In this document: one piece after another, positions 1 through 11,610 of the stretch | How positions within the stretch are numbered: position 1 is the stretch's first letter | Layout: each line of letters starts with the position of its first letter | NCBI GenBank assembly: GCA_963768305.1 | Contig: CAVYHE010000009.1 | Location: 32,001-96,000, forward strand | Length of the DNA stretch: 64,000 bases | Reading direction: 5' to 3' | Source of the DNA: an uncultured bacterium | GTDB lineage: Bacteria > Margulisbacteria > WOR-1 > CAVSGV01 | Position numbers and translations under genes: made by a program | Notes under the pieces: generated by a model | The model's input: the letters and a program-made list of their open reading frames with translations, nothing else | Database searches by the model: none | Told to the model about the DNA's origin: nothing

Positions 1-440
1 TCAAGGTCGGCTATCCCCCGGTAGATCGGCATCCTGAATTCGAGTATTTCCTTTATCTTCGCATTAGGATCTTCAACATTGAGAAGCGGCCTTGTCCCGG
101 ATCCCTTAACCCTTTTGTGGATGGTTTCAGGATCGGAAGTCAGCAGGACCAATGGCCCCATGCTTTTAAGCTTCTTGATATTCCCGGGCCTCAGCACAAT
201 TCCGCCGCCGGTAGCTATAACGTGATCCTTAAGCTTTGCGATATTGTCCAAAAGCTTTGTTTCCATGTCGCGAAAACTTTCTTCGCCTTTTTCATTGAAA
301 ATGTCGTTTATCTCCATTCCCTGTTCATTTTCAATGATCGAGTCCGTATCAATATATGTCATGTTAAGCTTTTTGGCCAGAAGCTTCCCGACTTCTGTTT
401 TCCCTACCCCCATAAATCCTATTAAGATAATATTTTTCAT
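1..440 (-). CDS. aroK: Shikimate kinase (3' end runs off the window)
   Basis: Manual translation MKNIILIGFMGVGKT (P-loop)...IDTD...FRDME...VIATGGGIV...RPLL; absent from the ORF track because it is edge-truncated. Confidence 0.93.
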   Translation of the reverse strand, partial: MKNIILIGFMGVGKTEVGKLLAKKLNMTYIDTDSIIENEQGMEINDIFNEKGEESFRDMETKLLDNIAKLKDHVIATGGGIVLRPGNIKKLKSMGPLVLLTSDPETIHKRVKGSGTRPLLNVEDPNAKIKEILEFRMPIYRGIADL

Positions 441-451
441 ATCGATTAACT

Positions 452-525
<74 letters not shown>

Positions 526-531
526 ATGAAA

Positions 532-1323
532 CTAAAAAGAATGCTCGGCGCCGGGAAACCTTCCGCCCTTCACGTCCGCAATATACGCGGACACGGCTTT
601 TTTCATCTCGCCGTGAAGATCGGCGTATTTTTTCGCGAACTTCGGCATTCCGCTCACGGAAAGCCCCAAAAGATCGTTTATGACAAGGACCTGCCCGTCG
701 CAATACTTTCCCGCACCTATGCCTATGACCGGGATCGAGACAGCTTTTGACATTTTCTTCGCGAGCGCCGCCGGGACCATTTCAAGGACGATAGAGAAAA
801 CCCCCGCTTTTTCAAGTGCTTTCGCATCCCTTATCATAGCAGCGGCTTCCTTTTCCGATCTGCCCTGGACGCGGTATCCGCCAAGCTGATTGACAAGCTG
901 CGGAGTAAAACCCAGATGCCCCATCACCGGGATCCCGGAATCGATCAATTTTTTGATGGTATCAATATACGCGACACCCTCGATCTTGACAGCATTTGCC
1001 CCGGCTTCTTTAACGAACCTGGAAGCGTTGTAAAACGCTTCTTCCGGACCAAGCTGGAAGGACATGAACGGCATGTCAGCGACGACCATCGCGTTCTTCA
1101 CACCACGGACGGCCGCTTTCACGTGATGCAGCATTTCATCCATCGTTACGGGAATGGTGTTCTCGTATCCGAGCACGGCATTCCCCAGCGAATCCCCCAC
1201 AAGCACGATATCAATACCGGAATCATCGATAAGCTTTGCCGTGGGGCAGTCATACGCCGTCAGCATGGCTATCTTTTTGCCCGCGGATTTCATTTCCTTG
1301 AGGGAATGAACGGTGGTCTTCAA
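532..1323 (-). CDS. panB: 3-methyl-2-oxobutanoate hydroxymethyltransferase
   Basis: MLTAYD, LVGDSLG, DMPF, VKIEG, GHLG motifs. Confidence 0.97.
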   Translation of the reverse strand: MKTTVHSLKEMKSAGKKIAMLTAYDCPTAKLIDDSGIDIVLVGDSLGNAVLGYENTIPVTMDEMLHHVKAAVRGVKNAMVVADMPFMSFQLGPEEAFYNASRFVKEAGANAVKIEGVAYIDTIKKLIDSGIPVMGHLGFTPQLVNQLGGYRVQGRSEKEAAAMIRDAKALEKAGVFSIVLEMVPAALAKKMSKAVSIPVIGIGAGKYCDGQVLVINDLLGLSVSGMPKFAKKYADLHGEMKKAVSAYIADVKGGRFPGAEHSF

Positions 1324-2118
1324 GCTTTTTTCTCTGTCCTTTTAAGGCCGAACCATTCCTTGCCGGCCGGCGCGGATTTATACAGCCCGAACAATTTTTC
1401 CTCCAGCATTTCCTTTGAGACATTCCTGGAAATATGTCCGTTCTCGGCTATCGACACGATGCCGGTCTTTTCCGAAACAATGAAAACGAGTGCGTCCGTC
1501 TGCTCGCTCATCCCCACCGCCGCCCTGTGCCTTGTGCCAAGCCGCCTGTCCAGAAGCTTGGTATCTGATAACGGAAGAAGGCTGCCTGCGGAAGCGATAC
1601 GCTCGCCCTGGATAATGACCGCTCCGTCATGAAGCGGATTATTCGCCATGAATATTGATACAAGAAGTTCCGATGATATTTCCGCGTCAAGCTTTACTCC
1701 GCTTTCAAGGAATTCGGAAAGCCCCGTGTTTCTTTCAATGACTATCAATGCGCCGGTCTTCTGGTCGGAGAGCTGCTCTATCGCTTTTATGATGTGGCCA
1801 ACTATCAGGGAGCCCCTTCCGCCCGCTGCCATCCCCAGTCTCAGGAATATCCTTTCCCTTCCGATATGTTCAAGCGTCCGCCTTAATTCCGGCTGAAAAA
1901 CTATGATGATGATGACGATAATGAGCGGTGCCCAATCTTTCAAGCATCCAGCTCGTGGTGTAGAGGCCGAGCAGCTTCGCCGCCAGGTATATCAAGAGGA
2001 CTATCGCCAGCCCGCGGATTAGAGCCACGGCGCGCGTGCCCTGAAGCCACACAAGGACGTAATAGATCGCTACGGCAACTACGATAATATCCAGAACATC
2101 CAGCATCCTGAAATTCAT
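1320..2118 (-). CDS. dacA: Membrane diadenylate cyclase CdaA/DacA (one frameshift near 1940)
   Basis: N-terminal TM helices in ORF 1870..2118; FQPELRR, PLHDGA, GTRHRAA in ORF 1320..1943. Confidence 0.92.
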
Positions 2119-3407
2119 TTTATGTCGTTCCTCGCCATGTCCTCATAAGTCTCCCGTTTTACGATGAGCTTGGCTTTGCCGTCATTGACCAAAACCATTG
2201 CCGGGCGCGGAACCCTGTTGTAATTGCTCGCCATGGAATAATTGTAAGCGCCGGTGCAGAGCACGGCTATGAGCCCGCCTTTTTCAAGTTTCGGCAGCAT
2301 CGACATTTTTTGCGAGAACGTCGCCGGACTCGCAGAACCTGCCGGCGATAGTGTATTTTTCCGTTCTTCTGCCTTGCATGTTGTCGGCCGCGGCGAACTC
2401 GATATTTCGCGCCGTAAAGCATCGGCCTTATATTGTCGGACATCCCGCCGTCAACGACCGCGTATTTCCTGATGCCGGGAATATCCTTGATGTGCCCGAC
2501 GCGTGTAAAGAGTGACGCCTGCCCTTCCGACGATCGATCGTCCCGGCTCAAGGACAAGTTTCGGCATCGGTAATTTTGCCGCCGCTATCCTGTGCTTTAT
2601 CTTTCTTTGTGATAGCTTCGGCGAAGTCTTCGAGCTTTACCGGATTGTCGTCGTCAATATACTGATGCCTATGCCTCCGCCGATATTGAGCTCTTCCGTT
2701 TCGATGTTAAGCTTTTCGTTTATCTTTCGTACGATATCCGTTAGCACGTCGATCTCCGAAAGGTATCCATTCGAGTCGAATATCTGCGAGCCGATATGGG
2801 CGTGAAGCCCGGCGAATTTCCCGAGCCGCATTGATGATATCAACTTGACCGCCTCAATGACCTTGCTCTTGGCTATGCCGAACTTGGAATCCGTCTGGCC
2901 GGTCTTTACGGATTCGTGGGTATGCGCCTCAACTCCCGGATTTACCCTTATCAGAACTGCGCTCTTTTCTCGATCTTTATCGTCATCTCGTCGAGCCTTC
3001 CTATCTCCTCGAAATTATCGACGACGAACATGCCGACATTCGCGGTAAGCCCTTCCTCGATCTCCTTTCAGATTTATTGTTCCCGTGGAAATATATCTTT
3101 TTCGGGGCGCATCCCCGCCTTAAGCGCGGTGTAAAGCTCTCCGCCGGAAGCAACGTCCACTCCGAGGCCTTCGTCCATATGATTTTCAAAAGACCTTCGA
3201 TGGAGAGCGCTTTGCTGGCGTAAATGATCTCGGAGTTCGGGATATTTTACTTGAAGAAGGTCTTATAAGGCCTGCACCTCTCCCTGACATCCTCTTCGTC
3301 GATGACATAAAGCGGCGTGCCGAATTTTTTCGCGAGCGCTATCGCGTCGCAGCCGCCTATCTCAAGGTGCCCGGCTTTATTATCTTTCCCGTCAATGGAA
3401 GATTCAT
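2115..3407 (-). CDS. lysA: Diaminopimelate decarboxylase (multiple frameshifts)
   Basis: Fragments GHLEIGGCD..FGTPLYVID, YFHGNNKS, GLHAHIGSQ, LNIGGG, VDGGMSDNIRP, GAYNYSMASNYN; SD GAGGAG before ATG at 3407. Confidence 0.9.
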
Positions 3408-3409
3408 TT

Positions 3410-4968
3410 TGTTCCTCCTCATCAAGTTTATATTCAATGCTGTCTTTCAAGGGCGAGCCAGCTGGCCTCGATGACGTTGGTGGAGACGCCGACCGTCCCC
3501 CATGTCCTGTCGCCGTCTGTTGACTCGACAATGACGCGCACTTTTGCCGCGGTGCCCTCTTTTGAATCAAGGACGCGGACCTTGTAATCCGTGAGCTTGA
3601 CCTCTTTTATACCGGGAAATGGTCCTCTATGGCTTTCCTTAAGGCCCCGTCAAGCGCGTTGATCGGGCCGTCGCCGTAAGCTTCGGTTTCATGCGATTCT
3701 CCGCTGACCTTCAATTTCAGTTTTGCTTTAACCTTTGTGCTTCGTCCCCGTGTTTGACCGTAACGATATCAAAATTTTCGAACGTGAACGGCGGCTTGAA
3801 CGCCCCCAGCGCTTTCTTCACCAGAAGCTCGAATGACGCCTCGCCTTCCTCGAACTGGTATCCCTGCATGCTCAAGTTCTTTCAGCTCGCTCAATAAAGC
3901 TTTGACCTGCGGCGAATCTTTCTTGATGTCCACGCCGTAAGCCTTTGCCTTGTAGACCAGGTTGCTGATGCCGGAGAGCTCGGAAACCGTCACCCTCTGC
4001 TCGTTGCCGACAAGCTTCGGGTTTGATGTGCTCGTAAGTTGACGCATTCTTCAGTACCGCGCTGACGTGGATGCCGCCTTTGTGCGTGAAAGCTGACCTG
4101 CCGACGAAAGGCTGGTGCGCCGATTGCGGCAGGTTGGCGATCTCGGCGATATGCCTTGAAACATCCGTGAGCATCTTCAGCTGGGCGTCAGAGATGCAGT
4201 CGATTTCAGCTTGAGCTTGAGTATCGGGATAATGGAACACAGGTTGGCGTTCCCGCATCTCTCGCCGTAGCCGTTCATCGTTCCCTGGACATGCGTGCAT
4301 CCGCAATAAACCGCCATCCCGAAACCGAGACGGCGCATTCGGAATCGTTATGCGCGTGGATGCCGAGCGGTTTTTTTATTTTCTTTTTGACTTCGTTGAT
4401 GATCTTCTCGACTTCGAATGCGAGTGTTCCGCCGTTGGTGTCGCAGAGGCACAGGACATCCGCTCCGCCCTTTTCCGCGGCTTTCAAGGCTTTCAGCGCG
4501 TAGGCTTGGTTCGCCTTATATCCGTCGAAGAAATGTTCGGCGTCGAATATGACCTCTTTTCCTGTTTTTTCAGGAATGCGATGGAATCCTCGATCAGCTC
4601 GAGGTTCTCGTCCAGGCTGATATTCAGGGCGTCTTTCACGTGGAGGTCCCAGATCTTGCCGAATATGGCGACGGCGGGGTTTCTGATGCGATCATGGCCT
4701 TGAGGTTCGGGTCGTCCTCGGGTTTTACTTTCGCGCGCCTGGTGCTGCCGAAGGCGACAAGTTTGGCGTTCTTGAGCTTGACATCTCGTATTTTCTCGAA
4801 GAACTCGATGTCTTTGGGGTTGCTTCCCGGCCAGCCGCCTTCGATGTAGTGGAGGCCGAGCTGGTCGAGGAGTTTGGCGATCTTTATCTTGTCCTCAACG
4901 GTGAACGAGATGCCCTCGGTCTGGGCACCGTCGCGTAACGTAGTGTCGAATAGTTTTACCTGTTTCAT
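3410..4968 (-). CDS. cimA: Citramalate synthase (multiple frameshifts; 3' end approximate)
   Basis: [62 protein letters not shown]-terminal DSIEYKL. Confidence 0.88.
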
Positions 4969-5006
4969 TTTTTGCTCTCCAATGGGAAAATGATAATAAT
5001 AATCAA
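4965..5006 (-). promoter_or_regulatory. Candidate poly-Ile leader uORF ([13 protein letters not shown]) overlapping the cimA start
   Basis: TTG ATT ATT ATT ATC ATT TTC CCA TTG GAG AGC AAA AAA TGA; the stop overlaps the cimA ATG as ATGA. Confidence 0.6.
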
Positions 5007-5009
5007 CGA

Positions 5010-5038
5010 ATTATAACACGGAAAAAGAGGGTTTTGAA
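5010..5038 (-). promoter_or_regulatory. Sigma-70-type promoter for the cimA operon
   Basis: TTCAAA-17 nt-TATAAT with extended -10 TG. Confidence 0.6.
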
Positions 5039-5061
5039 ACATAAAAAAACAAATTGATTCA

Positions 5062-5090
5062 TTGAAACCGATGTCATTTCTTGTTATCAT
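5062..5090 (+). promoter_or_regulatory. Divergent sigma-70-type promoter for the udg operon
   Basis: TTGAAA-17 nt-TATCAT with extended -10 TG. Confidence 0.55.
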
Positions 5091-5103
5091 TCTTAATAAT
5101 TAA

Positions 5104-5733
5104 ATGAAATTATTCGAAAAACCCGAAGACTAAGCGCCCTCCCCTACGAAAAACTTAAAGCATATCGCTCTGAAATGCACAAAATGCAAACTGTCCAAGA
5201 CACGGACGAAAGTCGTCTTCGGCCACGGGCCCGTCCCCTGCGACCTGATGCTCATCGGCGAAGGGCCCGGCGAAAAGGAAGACCTAGCGGAGATCCGTTC
5301 GTCGGAAGAGCCGGACAGCTGCTTACTCAGATACTCGCCTCCATCAACATCGACCGCGAAAAAGACATTTACATCACTAATATCGTCAAATGCCGGCCGC
5401 CGGAGAACAGGCCCCCGAGACAGACGAGACCGAAGCCTGCTATCCGTACCTGGAAGCGCAGATAAAAATGATCAAGCCGAAGATCATCCTCCTTGCCGGC
5501 GCGCCCGCGACAAAAGTCGTCATGAAGAACGAAGAACCCATGTCAAAGATCCGCGGCAAATGGCTCAAGCTGCCCGGGACTGAAATCCACGTGATGCCGA
5601 TCTTCCATCCGTCATATCTCTTGAGGAACCGGTAAAGGACGACGGAAGCCCGAAATGGCTGACATGGCAGGACATGAAGGAAGTCCGCGGCGCGCTGGAC
5701 TTCATAAAAGAGGCAAAGGAGCTTGGAACATGA
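5104..5733 (+). CDS. Family 4 uracil-DNA glycosylase (frameshifted)
   Basis: C-x2-C-x-L N-terminus, [40 protein letters not shown] across frames. Confidence 0.88.
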
Positions 5734-6515
5734 AAAGATTACGGCTACAGGGATACAGATGGACGTGAAAACGGGCAATTCGACGCGAACCTCGAGCGCG
5801 CGGCGAATTGCCGAAAAAGCGATGAAATAGAAGCCGGACTGATCATATTCCCGGAAATGTTCGTGACGGGATTCGATTATAAGTAATTGAACGAATCGCG
5901 AGAGAATGCTTTAACGACATCACCACTTTCCTGATGGACCTCTCTCAAAAGACCGGCTCCTTCATCGTGGGCGGCTCGATTCCGGAGCTCTCCGGGGAAA
6001 ACTTTACAACACTTCTTTCGTTTTTTCTCCCGAAAGAAAAGTGCTGGGATACAGCAGGAAGATCCATCCTTTCGCGGTGACCGAAGAAGCAAAATATTTC
6101 ACCGGCGGCGACAAGATAGCCGTGATCCCCACGCCTGTAGCAAAGCTCGGCATAAGATTTGCTATGACATCCGCTTTCCGGAGATCGCGAGAAAGTGGCA
6201 CTGGAAGGCGCGGAAATACTGATATCTCCTGCGCAGTTCCCGGCCCCGGCACCATCACTGGCACGCGCTTTTCGTGTCGCGGGCGATCGAAAACAGATAT
6301 TTATGATAGCGTGAATCGCCCTGCGTCAAACAGGGTAGGATCGACGGAAAAAATCCTGGTATTTCGGCCATTCCATGGGAGTGGACCCGTACGGCAATAT
6401 CCTCAGCGAACTGGACGATAAAGAAGACATTCTCGTCTGCGAGATAGATCTGGAAAGATGAAAGGTAAGGAAAGCCATGCCAATACTGCTGAACAGAAGG
6501 CCGGAAGTATACTGA
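5730..6515 (+). CDS. Carbon-nitrogen hydrolase (nitrilase family; frameshifted)
   Basis: LIIFPEMF, GGSIPE, YNTS, KIHPF, CYDIRFPE, C-terminal RRPEVY* across frames. Confidence 0.82.
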
Positions 6516-7552
6516 TGAACAATCCGAATGTTCTTTTTTCCCAAAAACTGGACATAGTCGGACTCTACGACGCGCTGAAAGTGGATTTCATCAAGAGAAT
6601 TCTCTTGTCGCGATAAAGATACATTTCGGCGAAATGGGCAACACCGCATATCTCAAGCCATTCAGGGTCAAGCCGCTCATCGATAAGATCCTGTCGCTTA
6701 AAGCCCTCGCATTCCTGACCGACGCAAATACATTATATAAAGGGACCCGCGGCGACGCGGTTAACCATCTGCAGACCGCGGCCAAACACGGCTATGACCT
6801 GAATACCATAGGCGTGCCGGTCATAATCGCCGACGGCTTGACGGGAAAAGATTATTTCAAAGTGAAGGTCGATCTGAAACATTTCAAGGAAGTGAAAATA
6901 GGGAGCGCCGCCTATAATGCCGAAAGCATCGTGGTCCTCACCCATTTCAAGGGTCACGAGCTCGCTGGTTTTGGCGGTTCCCTCAAGAACATCGGCATGG
7001 GGCTTGGTGCAAGGTCCGGCAAGCAGGAAATGCACGCTGACGTCAATCCGAAGGTCAACAAGGAAAAATGCACTGGCTGCGGGAGCTGCGCGAAATGGTG
7101 CCCGACCAATGCCATCCAGATCATTGACAGAAAAGCAATCATCGACCTAAAGAAGTGCATCGGCTGCGGCGAGTGCGTCGTCAGCTGCAACTTCAGCGCA
7201 ATAGCCATTGACTGGGGAGGCGATCCCCCCTTTCCAGGAAAAAATGGTCGAATATTTTTACGGCGTATGGAAGGACAAGAAGGATAAGATGGTATTTGTC
7301 AATTTCCTCACTGACATTTCCCCCAACTGCGATTGCTATGGCTTCACCGAACCCCCTGTCACACCCGATATCGGGGTACTCGCGTCTTATGATCCGGTCT
7401 CGCTCGACCAGGCAAGCGTCGACATGGTGAATCTAAGAGCGGTTGAAAGGATAAAATTCCAGGGAGCTCTATACCCTATGCGGACTGGAACACCCAGCTG
7501 CGTGGCCGCGGAAAAGATCGGCGTAGGAAGCAGGGAGTATCAGATAACTTAA
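6515..7552 (+). CDS. DUF362-family protein with 2x[4Fe-4S] ferredoxin domain (frameshifted)
   Basis: KIHFGEMGN, THFKGHELAGFGGSLKNIGMG, CTGCGSCAKWCP and CIGCGECVVSC, ISPNCDC, DPVSLD. Confidence 0.82.
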
Positions 7553-7556
7553 ATCT

Positions 7557-8255
7557 ATGATAGACCTGCTCAATGACAACGAATTCATGAGAGCTGGAAA
7601 AGGAATACAAGTTCCTGAGCCGCGCGAGGGGCGCGATCGAGGCGAAGCACGGCGAGCTGATCAAGCTGACGTATGTCGTCTTTGACCTGGAAACCACCGG
7701 CCTCGACCCCGCAGAACGACGAGATAATAGAGATAGGCGCGGTCCGGCTCGCCGGCGGCGAAGTGAAAGGCGTCTTCAACAAGCTCGTCCGGCCTGACAA
7801 AGCCCGTGCCCCCGCAGATAACGGACACACGGGCTGATCAGCCAGGACATGCTCGAGAACGAACCCGCGCTCAAGCCGGTGCTTTCGCAGTTCATGGAAT
7901 TCGTGGAGAACGCGCAAACAACTGGTCGCGCACAACGCCGACTTCGACGTCTCATTCCTTCAGGACAAACCTCAAAAAGACGCTCAACCAGGACCTCAGC
8001 AACCTCGTCGTCTGCACGCTCCTGATATCGAGGGATATTCTGCCGAACCTGGGCAACCACAAGCTGCACACCGTCGCGGGCTTTATTTCCACATCGACAT
8101 CGCCAACCGCCACCGCGCCATCGGCGACGTCGAGGCTCCCACGTACCAGATATGGCTCAATATGATCGAGAAGCTGAAGGAGAGAAATATTTTGACGAGG
8201 AAGGACCTCGAAAGCTACCTTGCTGATCTTGAACAGGCAAAGATAAGAACAGTAA
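7557..8255 (+). CDS. Stand-alone DEDDh 3'-5' exonuclease (DnaQ/PolC-exo-like; frameshifted, end approximate)
   Basis: ExoI VVFDLETTG..EIIEIGA, ExoII LVAHNADFD, ExoIII HRAIGDV read across frames. Confidence 0.8.
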
Positions 8256-8272
8256 AGCACCGTTTTAAATTC

Positions 8273-8424
8273 AGAGGAGCTAGACGAGCTAGGGGTGAAA
8301 GAGGTTAAGAGGAGAAGAGGTGTTAGAGGCAAAGAGGAAATTATTATAATGTTTCACCTTCGCTTCTTCCGCTTCTCATCCTCTTTACCTCTTCTCCCCT
8401 CTCGCTTCTAGCTCCTCTAGCTCT
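8273..8424. repeat. Inverted array of 8-9 nt AGAGG-type tandem repeats (long imperfect palindrome)
   Basis: About 8 AGAGGnnn(n) units, AT-rich centre TTATTATAAT, then reverse-complement units; AGAGGAGCTAGA (8273) pairs perfectly with TCTAGCTCCTCT (8407). Confidence 0.75.
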
Positions 8425-8471
8425 TTTCCCCATTTGTGGTAATATTATTCTAAAGAAACGAGGCTGACAAC

Positions 8472-9467
8472 ATGGATTTCATTCAAGACACCTGGAGTAA
8501 AGCTAGAAGATTAAACAAGACGATAATCCTTCCCGAAACGGAAGACGTCAGGATAATAAAGGCCGCGGAGATAATCACACGAAGCCACCTTGCCAACATG
8601 ATCCTTATCGGAGAGGAAGAAAAAGTCAATGAATTTCCGCCAAAGTAGCGGCGTGAACCTTTCGAGGATGTCGACAAAACGATCGATCGCCTCAATTGCT
8701 TGATGGCTACATTTCCGAATACCACAAACTGCGCGAAGCGAAAGGAATGACGGCGGAAGAAGCGAAGAAAGTAATATCGCGAGGACTACACTTTCTTTGG
8801 CGCGATGATGGTGCGGTCCGGCGAGGCGGACGGAATGGTGACGGGCGCGGATGCCCCCACGGCGCACACGATCAAGGCGACAGTCCACTGCGTCGGGATG
8901 GCGCCGGGCGTCAGCCTGATATCAAGCTTCTTCGCGATGATCACGCCGAAAAAAGAATTCGGCGTCGACGGCCTGCTCTTCTACGCGGACTGCGGAGTTA
9001 ACCCGAACCCTACATCTGACCAGCTCTCCGACATCGCGATATCAACGGCCGATTCTTTCAGGAAACTTGTCGGGCGCGACCCGAAGGTGGCGATGCTCTC
9101 TTTCTCCACAAAAGGCAGCGCGGCGCATCCGGACGTGGATAAGGTGGTCAAAGCGACTGAAATTGTAAAAGCGAAGAGGCCGGAACTGATGGTGGACGGA
9201 GAATTCCAGGCGGACGCGGCGCTCATACCGGCGATAGGCAGAAAAAAGGCCCCGGAGCAGCAAGTTGCGGGCAAAGCGAACATCCTGATATTCCCTGACC
9301 TCGACGCCGGCAACATCTGCTACAAGATAACCGAGAGGATCGGCGGAGCGACCGCGCTCGGCCCGATACTCCAGGGCGCGGCAAAACCCATCAACGATCT
9401 CTCCCGCGGATGCAGCGCCGACGACATAGTCAACATCACCGCTATCACCGCCATCCAATGCCTTTAA
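8472..9467 (+). CDS. pta: Phosphate acetyltransferase (frameshifts in 5' part)
   Basis: IILPETED, ADGMVTGA, YADCGVNPNP, VAMLSFSTKGS, DGEFQADAA, IFPDLDAGNI, NDLSRGC. Confidence 0.93.
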
Positions 9468-10801
9468 CAAAAGACCTCGCCAAACAGCTGGTCCGGGACG
9501 CAAAAAAAAGGACCGACGAAGCTGAAGTTTATGCGACCACGGCAAAACATCTGAATATAGACGTTATCGACCAAAAGATAGAATCGGTCGATAACGTGAC
9601 CGAAGGCGGTTTAGCGCTGAGGATCATCGAGGACAAAAAACTCGGATTTGCGTACACCGCCGATATTCACGAGGAAGCCGTAGATGCGCTCATTAACCAG
9701 GCGATAGAGAATTCCAAAAGCTCGCTTCCCGACGGATCCATCGGATTCCCCTTTCCGAAACAGCAGAACGCTCAGATGGTGCTGGTCGAAAAAGACATTG
9801 AAGGAACAAAATTATCGGACAAAATAGCTCTCGCGATGAGATGAAAAGGTGGCTCATTCGTTCGATAACAGGGTCAAAAAGACCGAAAAAGTTATCTATA
9901 CGGACTCCGTTACTACCACGATGATCATAAATTCCAAAGGTATAGATGTCCAATACGAAAAAGCCGTCTGCGGAGCGGCGGCAGATGTCATAGCCGAAGA
10001 AGGCTCCATGATGGAAAGCGGCTCGTGGATGAAATTCGCGGCATCTTTAAAAGAGATAGATCCGGATAATATCGGGGAGGAAGCCGCAAGACGCGCCGTA
10101 ATGATGCTCGGCGCGAAGCAGGAAAAAAGCGGAAGAGCGCCTGTCCTGCTTGCGCCATATGCGGGTTCTATAATCATTTCCGCCCTCTTCCCTGCCCTTT
10201 CGGCCGAGTTTGCCCAGAAAGGAAAATCGCTTTTCATCAGCGCGATGGACAAGCGTGTCGCATTTCATAAATTCAACCTCATCGATTCCGGTGTCATGAA
10301 AGGCGGCGTATCTTCGGTGCCTTACGATGACGAAGGCGTCCCAACAGGCGAGACAATCATCATTAAAGACGGCAATTTAAAATCGTTCCTTCATAATTCA
10401 TATACAGCGGAAAAGGCCGAAAGATGTCAACTGCAAAGGTTTTAGGGGCTCATATATGTCTTTGCCGGAGATACAGCCGACCAATTTGTATGTTCGGCCG
10501 GGTTCCGTGTCCCAGGCTGAAATAATAAGCGGAATGTCAAAAGGGTTCCTTGTGACCGGGATCATGGGCGCTCACACTATCAATCCGATAACCGGGAGAT
10601 TTTTCAGTCGGGTTTTCGGGATCATTCATCGACAACGGTAAAATATCCCATCCTGTCCGGGGAATGACGATTGCGGGGAACATGCTTGATGTACTAAGTC
10701 ATATTGAGGATATGGGAAGCGACCTTATGTTCTTTCTGCATGGAGGCAATATCGGCTCTCCATCCATCCTTATCCGGAGCCTGTCTGTCAGCGGGATCTG
10801 A
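9458..10801 (+). CDS. pmbA: TldE/PmbA family protein (frameshifted)
   Basis: GLALRII..KLGFAYT, PYDDEGVPT, DGNLKSFLHN, GAHTINPITG, GMTIAGN, IGSPSILI. Confidence 0.85.
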
Positions 10802-10861
10802 ATTAGGGTACTTAAGGATCCTGATAAAACCTCTATAAATGTCCCCAGATCATTTATTATA

Positions 10862-11553
10862 TTAAGTGTAATGGAGGGAGGAACTTTCTGACGGCTCACC
10901 TGTTTCCATTTTCGATCCATTTTGGTTGAATATTTCCCATCTGATCCGTTCAAGGCGGTCCATCCCCAACAATTCAATGTTTTTCATGTCGATCGCTTTC
11001 TTGAAATAAAAGATATATTTGGAGAAATTAGATTCGGGTTTAATGATGAACGAATCATAAGTGTCCCAGTTCGCTTCTTCGGTATTAACTGCATCATAGA
11101 TACAGAACGTGGGGAGGGTGATAGATGCCGACACATTTGCCCTTATTCCGAGCAATATCTGCTGCAACAGGTGTGAAAACGCGTCAAAATGGCACCAGTT
11201 ATACATCCCCCCAATAAGCACATAATCGGTCGCCTTCTACCTTCGGAATAAAATATTTCACATTTCTTTCAAAATAACTGCGGACCAGTGTCCCGGCATG
11301 AAAACATTTTAAATATGACGGGAATTGAGCATGCGTGTGCTCATAAATATGGTCGAAACTGACGGCTCCCATGATAGCTCTCGCGGGCTGAAGGCAAACG
11401 GCTTTGTTGTCGTATATGTGGATATTTTGATATCCCGTATGAACGGCGATAAGCGTCCGCCCTTTCTTCAATGACCGCCGGCAAAACAAAATTAGCCGCG
11501 GTCATGCGCCTTACTTGTTGAACAACAGGAAACACCTTTTTTATCCCGAACAT
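10862..11553 (-). CDS. Orphan protein, probably one gene split by two frameshifts; possible isochorismatase-like fold
   Basis: Three overlapping same-strand ORFs; SD AGGAGG before ATG 11553; LIGGMYNWCH resembles the G-x5-C nucleophile motif. Confidence 0.45.
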
Positions 11554-11572
11554 CTAACTGTCCTCCTGCTAT

Positions 11573-11599
11573 TTATCGGCAAAAAAAGGAACTAGATGA
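11573..11599 (-). promoter_or_regulatory. Sigma-28-like promoter
   Basis: Perfect GCCGATAA -10 about 20 nt upstream of the ATG; -35 poor. Confidence 0.55.
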
Positions 11600-11610
11600 A
11601 CTCGCCTGAT

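Noticed and set aside
8273..8424. CRISPR array or simple intrinsic terminator
   Set aside because: Units are 8-9 nt with no unique spacers, no cas genes are present, and the structure is far longer than a terminator
2115..10801. Mass pseudogenisation or programmed frameshifting of lysA, cimA, udg, pta, pmbA
   Set aside because: Motifs are intact across frames, indels cluster by region rather than by function, and no consistent slippery sites were seen; sequencing error is more likely
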